64,000 bases of DNA from Asterias rubens (taxonomy: Eukaryota), in contig NC_047068.1 of NCBI RefSeq assembly GCF_902459465.1, forward strand, positions 558,001-622,000, read 5' to 3'. The stretch's first letter is position 1, and the number at the start of each line of letters is the position of its first letter. The notes beneath the pieces are model-generated. The model saw only the letters and a program-made list of their open reading frames with translations. It was not told the origin of the DNA and did not search any database. Below are positions 48,545 through 62,429 of the stretch, one piece after another. The position numbers and the translations under genes were made by a program.

Positions 48545-48572
48545 ATCCGGTATACTTGGCTTCTTAGGCAAT

Positions 48573-48785
48573 GGACCCTTCCCATGAAATGTGCTAATTA
48601 CATTCACGCATGCGTACAGACCCCTTTTGGTGGGCAAATGCAATAGAGTTGTGCACTAATCAGATGCGCAATCGCGTCTGCGTCACGCGGCCGTGTACAA
48701 AACAGCGGGAGTTCCCTCATTTTGCCAACCAAAATGTTAGTGCGTACGCGCTATGTGCAATTTACATATTTCATGGGAAGAGTCT
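48573..48785. mobile_element. AT-flanked MITE (CCCTTCCCATGAAAT family) just after the CMAS stop
   Basis: TIRs present; related copies at about 29430-29635 and 30860-31085. Confidence 0.7.
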
Positions 48786-49156
48786 ATTTCTTATGAGGGG
48801 ATTTGATGCTTATACATGTAGTTTCCTCGGTTTGTTTTGTTTTGTTGTGGGTCATTTTTAACGAAATGGTTGACCCTCTGTAAATTTCATTTTTTTCAGA
48901 TATCTAATGCTACTTTGATTATCTTGAATTAACCTCTAAATGGACCCCATTCACCTGACGTCTTAATTGCAATAATCTTGATTGTCTCGTTTGGGAGTTA
49001 GCGTGTGCTATACAGTGAAGGGCGTGTTTTATGCAATGTGGCGTTTACACGCTTACTTTAATTTGACAACCAAAATTGACCGAAGCAGGGTGTGAAAACA
49101 GTGAAGAGCTGTAGTTTTTTGTGCCAAAGATAAGTGAAACCTTAATATATTTTTAA

Positions 49157-49529
49157 AGACACTGGACACTATTGGTAATTGCCAAAGACTAGTCTTCACA
49201 GTTGGTGTATCTCAACATATGCATAAAATAACAAACCTGTGAAAATTTGAGCTCAATCGGTCGTCGAAGTTGCGAGATAATAATGAAAAAAAAAACACAC
49301 TTGTCGTACGAAGTTGTGTGCTTTCTGATGCTTGATTTCGAGACCTCAAATTCTAAACTTGAGGTCTCGAAATCAAATTCAATTTACATCTTTCTCGAAA
49401 ACTATGTCACTTCAGAGGGAGCTGTTTCTTACAATATTTTACACTATCAACCTCTCCCCATTACTCTTAATCAAGAAAGGTTTTATGATAATAACTATTT
49501 TGAGTAATTACCAATAGTGTCCACTGCCT
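49157..49529. mobile_element. Kolobok-type MITE, main family
   Basis: TTAA-flanked copy. Confidence 0.8.
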
Positions 49530-52500
49530 TTAAAGGAACACTTTACCCCCCAAGCAGGATACTGTACTCCATCTCTGGATCTGGATATATTATACTCCGA
49601 TAAAAACGGATATCCGCATCGCATGAGAGTTTTATGACCTGACCAATGACCTAGTGGAGATGTCTACGTAGTATGTCCACGTAGTATGGACTGACTCTGT
49701 GTTTTCTGCTGGGACAACTCGTGGGGAGAATGGGAGCGGCTGATCCCACAGAACAACCTCTTTCCTTCACCAGCCCCCCCCCCCCCCTCCCCATTATCTG
49801 GATCTAAAAAGCCTGGAGGAAATGTCCCCCTCTAGAATCACATGTCTGTGCAAATGATACATTCCAAATTAAGGTTACCAGGGCTGTACGCTTCGTTTTT
49901 AAAAGGGCAAGGGCACCAAGGCATTTTCTTTTTGGTAAAGGGCACCCTATGATGAAATTGCAAATTTCTACTGTAGCATTTCATGGGCACCGAGGCAATG
50001 ACCAGGGGACACGGAGGCAATCGCCTTCGTTGCCTCCGTGAAGTATCAGGCCTGCGGTTACACTGTGGGGCTAATTTCACTGTGTCAAAAATGGGGGGGG
50101 GGAAACTCATAGTTTAGTATTTTTAACATCACAGCAACTCTACTTGTCATTTCACTCAAATCAAAGTATAAATCATGAACTAAATGTGTACTTCCTGTGA
50201 AATCGATAACATGGGATATGATCTTTGAACTTTTTTGAAACCTAATAATAATAATAACAATAATAAGATGCATTTATATAGCGCTTAATACGAGGTTTCT
50301 AAGCGCTGAACCTAGGCTCCGGGCTCTGTGTGATGTTGAAGATGTTGTAGCATTTCGTGGCCGGGCGGTTTAGTTCACCGGACCCAAGCTCTTGTGTTTT
50401 CAGCACGAACAGTGTTGGTTCGTTTCCTGGTCATGACACTTGTGCCCTCGAGCAGGGCACATAACTATAGTTTGTTAGTAGAACGTTGAGGAAGTGAAGT
50501 GCGTAGGATTTGAAACTTTGCATGGTGGAAATACAATATGGAAAGGTTTGTATTACATGTGTAACACCATGTAATGACTATCTCTAATGAGTTGGGTTGG
50601 TTCTGAAAAGAACCGTTGGTTTAAACTCAACTGAAGTGAAGTGCGTTCTATACTCCCGACTAGGCTCATCCTAGTTGATAATACCCATGCCTACATGTAC
50701 ATCCTTATGGACTGTGATGGGGGTAAGCCTGTTTCAGCCCCAGGAGTAGGTGGTTATATGTGTCCCTGCTGACATTTGATTTAAGTCGATAGCCCAACTC
50801 AGTGAAGCCTTTATAAAAAAAATTGTTTGAAATGACTTTAAATAAAGAGTTTGTTTTAACACAAACTCTAGGTGTTCAGTTTCTGGGAGTAAAAGCCTGG
50901 TGTAGAAAACAAATACTGCACCTTGCTTTGTTCTCAAGCATGTCAAGACATGTAATAAATGATCAAAATTGAAAAAAAAATTGTAAAAAAACAAACAAAC
51001 ATGGTAACGTCATGCATGACGTCAATTTTAATAAGTTAAAGTCCTTGACTAAAACACACAAGGTTTCACCCCAGTCAAACTTTTGGTTTGGCAAGCACAC
51101 AGCTTTGAAAAGTGCACCCTTAAAGCAATACCATGTGACACATGATGACGTCATCAAGCTAAGACTCCACAGATATGTTGGTCCATGGAGGACATTATGT
51201 ATACCAATTGTTAAACAATTTTCATAAACTCTGCCACAGACATCTAGTAAAAGTGTAATTTGAGATGTTTTTAATCTGCCGCTAGAGGGTGCTCTTACAT
51301 GTGTGTGACATCATCGGTAATATTTTTTTTAAACCAGACCTTTGCCAGACTTGTATTCTGTGATGGGGAAAGCATAAAAAGGTGGACATACCAACTTAAA
51401 AGCAATTAAAAAGTGCCTATTTAAAGTATTTTACAGGCACTTCTAGTTTAGACAGGTCAAAAGGTCAAGAGAATGTCACCAACATATCCATTTTTGTGTG
51501 AAGTATTTAGAGCCCTTTCATATGATGTAAAGGTTGTCAAAATAGCATATGTGGTTGAGTAAATATGAAATTGACTACTGTCGTAGAAGAGACCAACCAA
51601 CCGCAAGAGAAATTTATGCTGAAAACGGCTCAAACACAGACTATACACGAAGCTACATCGCGCTCTAGACATGCGCACTGGAGCGTGACTCTGCACCGCA
51701 TACACTTTACATGTTGTACATGTAAAATCTTTATGCATGACCAATGGGGGAAACGTAGTTCTTTATACCGGGTACATGAATTATTCAATTTTCAACTTCT
51801 GATTTGAACCGGAAGACATGGTCAAAATGGGGTCATGTCTGTGAAGCGTTCATGCAGTTTGTTCATGCAGTTTTGAAGGATGATGTACATGTACTTATTG
51901 GAAAAATCCCTCGTGTAGATCAAAAGTTATTATTTTTTGAAATAATAAACTTTGAATTTTCATAACTCAAGAATGGATGACGTCATCCAGACGTAACTTG
52001 AATGGTTTCCTCTCCTATTGAATATCTAACTATGTGTGACGTTTCAAGTTCATACAAGCTTGGAAAGGGTGCTTTTGGTAGCTGAAAATGCTGGAGAAGC
52101 GGAGGAATTAAGTATAAAGAAAAAGAAGGGGGGAAAACGAACAAACATAAGAGGTGTTTGGGCTGAATACCAGAACACCTAAAAATAGACACTGCTTTGA
52201 ATTTTAGGAGCCTGAGCCTAGGTTTGGTAGGGACCCTTTTTGGTTTTATTTCAAAAGCTAATTCAATTTATATGAGGAAATGAAGCGATGCATCATTAAA
52301 AATATATAGTGTGTATAAGGATAACGAATCAGCTGGAATATTATCCAGAGACAAGTTTTGTGAATGATTAGACGTGACGATGAATCAGGGCGATCTGTGA
52401 TTATAAGTGTATGATATGCAAAATTAGACAATGGAATACACAGTTCAACAAGGTGACCAATGCAATTGTAAATTTTTCTCACTCGCCAAATTAGAAAATT

Positions 52501-53117
52501 CAGTCAAATTACTGCTTTCAATCAAATTCACTATAAAATCTGTGGTTTTCAACTGGTTCACTGGTTTTTTTTTTGCTTAGCAGAAATTGATTCTGTTCAA
52601 TACCACTGTTTGCTTAAACAGCGCTTTGAAACAAGGGCAGGGGAAAAGGGGTGAAAATTGTGTTGTAGCTCTAAAGTACATGTAGTACACAAAAGGATTA
52701 GATGTTTTCACTGATGCAATTGAATTGTGTAATTTTATTTTATTTTATTTTGTTGTAAAAATAATTTGTTGCGTCCAAAATACTGTAGAAACTTTTATGT
52801 TATTTCAGTCAAAAATACAATTTCAAGACAATCCTTATTATGTAAATGCAATAAATAAGATATGAATCAAAGTTTTTTGATTATTCTTAGAAATGAGTGT
52901 TTCTTTCAAATATTCTTTCAAATGCACACCTCCACCTTTCCCCCAGTGTTGTAGACATGTACTTTTAAGTTGAGTAGCGAGTACTGCCGAGTACTAGGGT
53001 GGCCGAGTAGTACTCCAATGTGAGTACATAGGCCATTGTGTGCGAGTACTGTTAATGTTTTCGGGTGTTCTGATTTTACTCATTAATTTAATTACTTTAA
53101 AATCAGAGTACACCTTC

Positions 53118-53835
53118 AGTCTGGTACTGAATAAGTCACTTCCAGTACAGATTATTTTGAAGTCTAGTATTCCGCTATACACATGTATGTGACCCACTCT
53201 GAAAATAAGTCAGATGTCGACAAATGCATTATTAGTCTGGTACTGAATAAGTCACTTCGAGTACAGATTATTTTGAAGTCGAGTATTCCGCTATACACAT
53301 GTATGTGACCCACTCTGTGAAAATAAGTCAGATGTCGACAAATGCATTATTAGTCTGGTACTGAATAAGTCACTTCGAGTACAGATTATTTTGAAGTCGA
53401 GTATTCCGCTATACACATGTATGTGACCCACTCTGTGAAAATAAGTCAGATGTCGACAAATGCATTATTAGTCTGGTACTGAATAACTCACTTCGAGTAC
53501 AGATTATTTTGAAGTCGAGTATTCCGCTATATACATGTATGTGACCCACTCTGTGAAAATAATGCATTATTATGTAGTGGACAGTTCGTGACCCACTCTG
53601 TGAAAATAAGTCAGATGTCGCCAAATGCATTATTATGTAGTGGACAGTTCGTGACCCACTCTGTGAAAATAAGTCAGATGTCGACAAATGCATTATTATG
53701 TAGTGGACAGTTCGTGACCCACTCAGTGAAAATAAATCAGATGTCGCCAAATGCATTATTATGTAGTGGACAGTTCGTGTCCCACTCTGTGAAAATAAGT
53801 CAGATGTCGCCAAATGCATTATTATGCCTTGGACA
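53118..53835. repeat. Composite satellite: about 118-bp units then 63-bp units sharing one module
   Basis: Long units start at 53118, 53234, 53352, 53470; short units at 53572, 53635, 53698, 53761. Confidence 0.9.
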
Positions 53836-54159
53836 GTTCAATGTGGAAATTATATATAACAATAATAAAGCTATGAATACAACAATTTTATGATCATACT
53901 TTAGTCTAATTTGTATCCTTTTGCGCGAAATGGTAGTTTAAAACATCGCTTTACTTGTAATTTGTTTTTGACAAAAAATTATATATTGCTAATTTCAAAC
54001 GGGAGTAACTCAGCAACGCGATACACCCCAAAGCTTAGATACATGTATATACCAAATAAACTGCTGCCGATGTGTTCTTTCCAGCCATGCATATTGAACT
54101 CAATCCTTTAAATTGTCAACATCTGGCTCATTTTCAAGAGCGGATCACATAATAACTAA

Positions 54160-54420
54160 CAACTGCCTTCCCTCTTTCGAAATAACTGGATTTATGTAGT
54201 ACAAATTATCAAAGTGAAAGGATGTGCTGAAAGGGAAAATACCAGCATAAAAGAGACGGTTTAATTGCCAAGTTCGAGTGAGAACGAGCACCAAATACTA
54301 CAAATGCCTCCCCTCTTTCGAAATTTAAAAGAACATTAATGAATTTAGGTAGTAACAAATTATCCAAGTGATAACATATGCTGAAGGGAAAGTACCAGCA
54401 TAAAATAGACGGACTTGAAG
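54160..54420. repeat. About 140-bp direct repeat x2
   Basis: CCCTCTTTCGAAAT...ACAAATTATC...TGCTGAA.GG.AA.TACCAGCATAAAA occurs twice. Confidence 0.7.
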
Positions 54421-54750
54421 ATAAAACGGAGGAAAGGCAACACAAAATAAACCAAATCTCAAAATTTTTATTTTGAAAGAATCAGTATAATCTCCTGATT
54501 CATTATGTTGTAAAGAAAAATAGATATTTATAATTAATTACTTGTACAAAACCTCCATTAAAAAACATAAATTGTATATAATTCATTGTAATTTACAGTT
54601 AGAGTTGTCTCTTTGACTCGTAAAGTTAAAACCTGTGAGCACTTCTTATATTAATTCATATTTTGTATAAAGACAAACTTTTTTATAGTTCACATACACG
54701 TGTATGAACTGACATTGTGGCCTGTCATGGCCGAGCGCTTAACAGCACTG

Positions 54751-54923
54751 CCGTCGATTTCACAAAGAGTTAGGACTCGTCTTATCTCGAGTCAGGACGA
54801 GTAACTCGTCCTACATGTAACTTAGGATTATTCTTAAGGTCTGCATGCTACAGTGCAGGGTTGGGACTCGTCCTAAGTACTAAGATTAGTCTTAAATTAG
54901 GAAGAGTTTTGTGAAATCGACGG
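54751..54923. mobile_element. CWG-target MITE (GTCGATTTCACAAAGAG TIR)
   Basis: CTG|CCGTCGATTTCAC...GTGAAATCGACGG|CTG. Relatives at 45249-45392 (CTG TSD) and 55878-56002. Confidence 0.85.
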
Positions 54924-54939
54924 CTGGACTCAAGATTTG

Positions 54940-55179
54940 GCCCCAATTTCATAGAGCTGCGAAGCACAAGAATTTTCTTAGCATGAAATTTCTGCCTTGA
55001 CAAAAACAGGATTACCAACCATATTTCCACATGATTTTTCAGGATGAGCAAACATCAGCTGAATATAAGTAACAAGTAATATGAGACAAAGGGAAATTTT
55101 GTTGGTAATCATGTTTTTATCAAGGAAAAATTTCATGCTAAGCAAATTTTGTGCTTAGCAGCTTCTATCGAATTGGGCC
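54940..55179. mobile_element. CWG-target MITE (GGCCCAATTTCATAG family) nested in a SINE
   Basis: TTG|GCCCCAATTTC...GAATTGGGCC|CTG. Confidence 0.8.
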
Positions 55180-56048
55180 CTGGTGTAGTTGATCAGCAGA
55201 GTGTGGGTTTTAGTCCTGGTCTTGTTTTAGTCCTGGTCTTGCACAAGATACTTGATCATAGTTGCTTCGTCTTTCCGATGGGATATTAAGCCCAAGGTCC
55301 TCTGCACTAGGATTGGTAGTGCACGAAAAAGGACCCAAAACACTTATTGTGGAAGAGTAGGGGTTAACCCTGGCGTTTCTGGTTAACATAGCAATCACCT
55401 TAGTACATGTACATTCCTCAGGCTTGTAAGCTACAGTGTTAAAGTTCACATGAGGTATCCTTGGCTAACATTTCCGAAAACAGTAACACAAATTAATAAC
55501 CATAGCTTTCTACACCGATAATGGTATTATTAATGCAATTACAGAAATGGAACATAAAAATCATAACTGAAATCAATTTAGCTCAACTGTACTGTCATAA
55601 ATTGACCATGGTTTACCCGGATTCATCTTAACCTAGCACTAATCAGACCTGAAGTAGCAGTAATAGAACAGGGAAGTTTTCACGAACCGATGTAGTTTTA
55701 AAAATCATTAACATTTTCAGCAGGTTTCAATGAGTTAAGACTAGTCTTATCTCGAGTCAGGACGAGGTTACTCAGCTCAACTTAGGACTAGCCTAAAGTT
55801 TTTAAGATCTCCTAAGACTCATCCTAACTCTTGGTGAAAGCGACCCAAATATACTATCTATTATTACGACAGTCCAGGGGTGGATTTCACAAAGAGTTAA
55901 GACTAGTCTTATCTCATGTCAGGATGTGTTACTCGTCCTAACTTAGGACTACCCTAAAGTTTTTAAGATCTTTTAAGACTAAACTCTTTGTGAAATCGAC
56001 CCCTTGAACTAAATGTAACAGTTTCATAAAGGGAGTTATCACCCACAT

Positions 56049-59000
56049 TTACAGCTTTGAATTACCTAATCGTTTTATAACCGCGTCCATATTGTTATCA
56101 TCTGTCATCCAGCATCCTCCATCCACTACTATAGTATGGCCCGAGATGTAACTAGCCGCTGAGCTAACAGCAAAGACAGCGCAGTCCGCTATGTCACATT
56201 TGGTTCCCAATCGCTGTAGGGGTAGATTCCTAAACGCTCTATCCATATCTTGCTCGTTGAGGGCGGCACCTCCTGGAAATGTAAATGGATGGAATTTTTA
56301 ACGACCTTTGCTGAACTAAGGGGTTTTTGCATGGACATCACTGCTCCAGATTTTCATCAATATGTAAAAAAAAAAGCTTGCACCTTTTTAAAGCCATTGG
56401 ATACTTTTGGTAAACAGTATTGTCCAAGGCCCACACTTCGTGTACCACAGCTTATATATAAAATACATTTTGTTTTTTTAGACTCAATCGGTCATCGGAG
56501 GCGGGAGAAAATAACGTGAAAACCCACCCTTGTTTCCCCACGTTTCGCCGTTTTATGACATAAGTTTAAAATAAATCCATAATTCTCGCTATCGAGAATT
56601 TATATTGTTTTAATGTTTTCTCATGGAATAATATTTCAAGATAAGTCTTTCACCATTACCTTCTGTAAACCCTGTAAATTGTTTGTAAATCTGTGAACTT
56701 TTAATTTTTTTTCTGTACCAAAAGTGTATAATGGCTTTAAATGAATTTGTTTTGCAGATAAGTTCTTTTGTATAGTATGTATATCTCCATTTATATAGCT
56801 TTAAAACAATCAGACAGTTCCAAAACCAAAGGTATACTTTGCTTTTTAATAAGGAATATGAGTTGACATGGGAGTTAACAGATTTTGTTTGAAAAAGAGA
56901 GAAAAAGAATTGAAAACCTTATTCAAACATAGTGGATGATATTGAATGGTCAAACGGTTACATTTTTCCCTTAGCTAAGCAATTTCTCTTCAACAAATTA
57001 CATTGGAGCTAGATTTATTGCCCAAGGTGGGCCAATATCTTAGATTGATTCAAAATCTACAACAATTTCAGACTTACCAAGCTTTCTCATTCCCTCCGTG
57101 TCAGCGATTGGTCCAGGGGCAATTCCAACCACACGGATACCCTGGGCTCCCCACTCATTACACAAAGATTTCGTCATGGAATCTGGAAAGAATTCCAAAC
57201 AACACAACATGAAGAATTTTGTTTATATGATTTGGGGTTGAACAAAGACAAATTTGCAATAGAGAGGGATTTGAACCAACGACTTCCGGTTTAGCGTGCC
57301 AGCAACCACTAACTGAGCTATCTAGCCCTATGCTGGCGCTCTCCCTATTTTGTCAATATCTTTGTTATGCAGTGCCAGTCAGAAGCCATACAACCGTTAA
57401 CTGCCGTGTAGCCAGGGATCACACCCAAGTTTCTTATACAACCTGGGAAGCGGCAGCTGGGGGATGCAACTTTTTATTTCATAAATCCATAGTTATAGAT
57501 TATCTTAATAAATCAATCAATTATCGGGCACTTATGTATAGAGCGCCATCATATTATAATCCAAGGCGCTTAGCAAAAATTAAGACAAATTTAAGAGAAA
57601 TTTCTTGAGTTTACAGAATATCATGTGGATATGACAAGTACAATGGGCATCAGTAGTAGAAATAATATGGAATATGATATAATATGTAAGTAGATTCAAA
57701 GAGACAAGTCTTAAGCTGGGCTTTTGAAGAAATTATAATAATACAGGCATGCAACTGCCTGTTGAAAGGACAATTTTCAAAGGCACAAAGCAAGTGCGGA
57801 GCGAGGCAGCCGAAACGCCACGGGACATGATACCCACAATGGTTCCCTAGAAAATGTTGAGGTTTATTATGCTCTAAGGTGCATTGTTAGCATGTACTAG
57901 GCTTATTTTACATGATTGTAGTTGTACACTGTTGTTGCCAGGCATATATTAGGCTAAAAATAAAAATATCAGAAAAAAAAAAAAAAAAAACGCGGAGTTC
58001 CGCGGGAAAAGTGCATGCCTGATAATAATAGTAATCGGTTTTTATATAGCACCCGAGGGGTGTCTAAAAGCGCTTTGAACATTATGACCCGAGTCACTGG
58101 GCCATCTTATTCATTCCTAAAACCATCTCAGCTCCCTGGGGCTAAATCAATCACAAGTACCATCTCTGCCCTCACAGGCATTCAACCTACCGATGGCAGC
58201 TTTGGCAGCAGATGCATGAACCTGAAATAGCTGTCCACGGTACGCAAGTGTTGCAGAGATATTGATGATTACACCGCCATGGATCTGTAATCAAACAAGG
58301 TGAGTATCGAAGTTAGAATTGTTGTGTGCTTAAAACTTCTGTTCAGCACTAACTTTGTTGACTATTAACAATTTTACAGGTTCTTCTATTATTTGAATTG
58401 AAAATTGAATTGAAAACTGAATTTTGATTTTCCGATATTTGTTTTTACCCACCCACCCACAATTAAACAAATTTCAAAACTTTTAAACTTCTGAATTGCT
58501 CCTTACCGGGAAATGGTGCTATACATAATTCCTAGGTCCAGTCATTTACAATATGCCACACAGCTTTTAGAATCTTCAGGCCCTTGTCCCTCTCTCATAG
58601 AGCTGCTCAAGCACAAAAAGTAGCTAAGCAAATTTTGCCGTCCTGAATAAGGTCGCCATCCAAACTACCATGCCACAATAGTACAATTTGTGCTTGGTAT
58701 CCTTATAGCCTACCTTCATATACTTATCGTAGACGGCCTTTGATGTGTTGAATGTTCCTAGTGTATCAATCTCAATCACCGTCTTAAAACCATTGAAGGA
58801 GAGACCACTGGCTGGTGCAAGGAAATTGCCAGCAGCACCTGGGAGAAGATGAAAAACAAAGACAATGTCATATTTCACTACAAGTGTGACATTGTATAGG
58901 AGTGTCAGTAGAAGCACTTTCACTTTCTCAAAGTGACGCTTTTGATGGATGGAACCTTGGCCGTCGTGGCACGACCTTGCCTCGTTTGGATTATTTCGAG

Positions 59001-62000
59001 AAAAAAAAAACGACACTGTGAAGCATTCAAAGTATCCATATAGGACTCCTGTATTAAATTTGTGAGTGTCACAGCAGCATTGTATGTACTGGCCAAGATA
59101 AAGAATAACACACGATGCACGTTCCCCAATCACATGAAAAGAATCTGTGTTTGCAAAATACACTAAGGCCGTGTCCGAATTGGCGACTTCGGCTACAGCT
59201 ACGGCTAGATCAGCGCGTCTGTCAGTGTTGAAGAATAGGCAGACGCGCGCGCCCTAGCCAGAGCTGTAGCCGTAGCCGAAGTCGCCAATTCGGACACGGC
59301 CTAATAATTGTCTACTTAAGCACCTACAAGTGTATTTGAAGTATTCTCCCCCCCCCTCCCTCCCCTCCCAAGGCCTGCAGAAAACAAAACAAGCTCGGGT
59401 GGGATTCGAGCCCACGACCATTCATTTGGATTTACGTTGGTGTTGATGTTTGTTGCTTTGTCTTAGTAACTATCAGCTGATGAACAAAACATGATTGCTC
59501 ACCATTCACAAGAATATCAATTTTGCCAAAGTGGCCGAGTGCCGCATCAACCCCACGTAGGACATCTTGCGGCTGTAAGGTAGAGATTCAAAACAAGTTA
59601 TAGTTTTGTTAAAAAGTTGCTTGAAATCCTTTACTCTAGGGTATGCAAAACATCACAGGGTTTGACCAAAACTTTTTAGTGACTTGCCAGCAGGACCAGT
59701 ATCTTATCATTTCAGGAGACAGCTTTAACATGAACCTTCTGGAAGCAATGAACCAATGGTGACTTTAGTTCACTATATGCACTGTACCCTGCTTGAGCCT
59801 AATGGCCATGTAGAGTGTCATGGCCGAGTGGTTAAGAGCATCGGATTGAAGTTCTGGTGCTAAGTCACCAAAGTATGGTTTGAATCCCGGTCATGACACT
59901 TGTATCCTTGAGCAAGATACTTTACTATACTTGCTTCTCTTCACCCAGGGGTATAAATGGGTACCTGCGAGGGCAGAGGTTTATATTGTGAATGAATAGC
60001 CTTTGGAGCGATACAAACTGTTGCCCAGGTTGTATACTCCCAAGAGAGCTGAGAAACATTTAAAGGGATGTTATTGGCCCTATGACCAGGGAACTAATGT
60101 AAAGCTCATTGATACGGTTATTGTGAAATGCGCTATATAAGAAGTATTATTGTTACAATGGCAACTTTAGTTGATCGGCACTATGCCACGCTTGAGCCCC
60201 AATGGTGACTTACCCTGCTTGAGCACGATAACACAAAAAAATGCACTCAGCCTAAACAGAATTAAAGGAAAGACAACATCTTGAATACCTTTCTGACATC
60301 GAGTTGGACTGGCATACACCTTCGCCCGGTGGCTGCCTCTAACTTCTTGGCTGCCTTGAGAAAGAAACAATTAAATCATTTAGGCCTACTTCATAATGCT
60401 ATCACAAAGAAAAATACATCTGAAACATCACAAGGGGAAAATTAGTCGCTCTTTCCTGTCCATTATCAAATAATATTATTCACTTAGAATGAATGTCTTT
60501 ATGATCAAAGAGTGCGATTTTTTTGTATTTGCTGGAAGTAACAGCATTTTTTTTTACCAGGCAGACATCATAACAAACTCGGATACAACTCTAAAATTTC
60601 TCATCCCTGAAAAGGGAGCATTATTGGGCTCTGTATATGTTTTTCCTTCTTTCAAGTGGGTTTACCTGCTCGACTCTCTGAAGATTCCGACTGGCAATGA
60701 CTGTGTCACACTGGTGCCTGTAGAATTATACAAATTTGTAAAAATTTGTCACACATTGTAATAATCTTCAAATCACAAATTTATAACGCAATACAAGTAC
60801 AAATGCAAATATAACTTCACACACAAATTATTTCCCTTTCTCACAGATAAAAAGAAGTAATTTTTCTCAAGTGACACTAAAGGGAAGGTACACGTTTGGG
60901 AATTGTCAAAGACCAGTCTTCTCACTTGGTGTATCCCATCATGAGCATAAAATAACAAGCCTGTGAAACTTTGGGCTCAATTATGAAAGAAATTACACCC
61001 TTGTTGGATGAATTTGTGTGCTTTCAGATAGGAATAAAAGACTTCTAGCCAGAAGTCTTTTGTTATTTTAGTGAGAAATTACCTCTTTCTCAAAAACTAC
61101 GTTACTTCAGAGGGAGTTGTTTCCCACAATGTTTTATACTATCAACAGCTCTCCAATGCTCGTTACCAAGTCAGTTAATATTTGTTTTGAGTAACTACCA
61201 AATGTGTACCTTCCCTTTAAACATGGATGACAACACAGGTATTATACATGGCTGTACCCGTAAGTTTACTATTTAGTATTTATAGTTACTTCATATTCTT
61301 CACACCATGCAAAGCTTCAAACACCATTCATTTAGAAAACTTGATCCTTTGTAAGGTTTTTTTCGTTCCCCCCAAAAAGACCAAAGAAATAATACAAATT
61401 AATAATTAATATAATCATACCTCATAAAAACTTCTGCAATAGTGAAGCATATTCCAGACCCTCCTCCTGTGATGAAGGCCACCTTATTGCTGAGGATAAA
61501 AATGGATAAAAATAATGAAAACAATACACAATGAATGCCCCGATGATATCAACACTGTACAGGCTCCCATGGCTACACACACAGCTAGAAGCAACCTTAT
61601 TTTCCTAGGCCCTTTTCAACACAACCAAGTGGTCTGGCTGGCTATCAAGTTTTGAAAACATCCTATGATGTGTGTACAAGTGTCGTGAAACAACAAGCTA
61701 AATTGGTCCTAAACTGGCCAGTCACAAGGTGGGTAAAACTGCCACGCCCCCCCCCCCCTTATTAAGTTCAAGAAATACTTTCAGAAAGTCAGACAGTACA
61801 GTGACTCAACACAAATCACAAAGTCGAACTACTCTGTCTGGCCATGGAGATAGAAGCCTATGTCCTCCCTAGCCAAGCCGACCATGGATTAATACATGCA
61901 GAGGAGGGGGGTGGGGGTGGGGGTGATGAGATTTTAAAGGCAGTGGACACTATTGGTATTTACTCAAACTAATTATTAGCATAAAACCTTACTTGGTAAC

Positions 62001-62429
62001 AAGTTATGGGGAGAAGTTGGCAGTATAAAACATTGTGAGAAACGGCTCCCTCTGAAGTGGAGTAGTTTTCGAGAAGTAATTTTCAACAAATTTGAATTTG
62101 AGACCTAAGATTTGGAACTTGAGGTCTCAAAATCAAGCATCTGATATAGCACACAACTTCATGTGACAAGGGTGTTTTTTCTTTTGTTATTATCTCGCAA
62201 CTTTGATGACCGATTGAGCTCAAATTTTCACAGGTTTGTAATTTTGTGCATATGTTGAGATACACCAAGTGAGAAGACTGGTCTTTGACAATTACCAAAG
62301 GTGTCCAGTGTCTTTAATTAAATTGAAAAGATAATGAACTTACTTCAAAACATCAGGTTGGAAAACATGATTGTAAGTCGACATGCAAACATCAAAGTCA
62401 AAACTGCTGCTGCTGTTTTTCGACGCCAT
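56049..62429 (-). CDS. DECR2: Peroxisomal 2,4-dienoyl-CoA reductase (SDR), 9 exons, 296 aa, C-terminal PTS1 SKL
   Basis: Exons (-): 62429-62344, 61489-61421, 60717-60666, 60354-60289, 59572-59503, 58838-58714, 58284-58191, 57182-57078, 56272-56049 (891 nt). Motifs: [40 protein letters not shown], ...GNSKL*. Confidence 0.94.
56392..56736. mobile_element. Kolobok-type MITE, AGCCATT family
   Basis: TTAA|AGCCATTGGATACTTTTGGTA...TACCAAAAGTGTATAATGGCT|TTAA. Confidence 0.75.
57255..57330 (-). repeat. tRNA-like segment of a repeat (not a functional tRNA)
   Basis: GGGCTAGATAGCTCAG...GGTTCAAATCCC, with imperfect acceptor stem. Confidence 0.55.
59167..59301. mobile_element. Harbinger/Tourist-type MITE
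   Basis: TAA|GGCCGTGTCCGAATTGGCGAC...GTCGCCAATTCGGACACGGCC|TAA. A relative lies at 9016-9153. Confidence 0.8.
60881..61216. mobile_element. Kolobok-type MITE, AGGGAAGGTACA family
   Basis: CTAA|AGGGAAGGTACA...TGTACCTTCCCT|TTAA. Confidence 0.75.
61938..62313. mobile_element. Kolobok-type MITE, main family (reverse)
   Basis: TTAA-flanked copy 30 nt from the DECR2 exon 1 donor. Confidence 0.8.

Noticed and set aside
50503-50632. Second hammerhead in a related element sharing the TAGGATTTGA..TGCATGGTG end
   Set aside because: The copy is truncated; no core motif is present here.
53409-53893. Repetitive ORFs on both strands
   Set aside because: They are translations of the satellite.
57255-57330. 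tRNA gene (also the heads at 32730-32802, 40886 and 59395)
   Set aside because: Cloverleafs are broken and the sequences are embedded in repeats, so they are SINE heads or remnants.
58624-59163. 179-aa ORF as a stand-alone gene
   Set aside because: Only 58714-58838 is coding (DECR2 exon 6); the rest is open intron.
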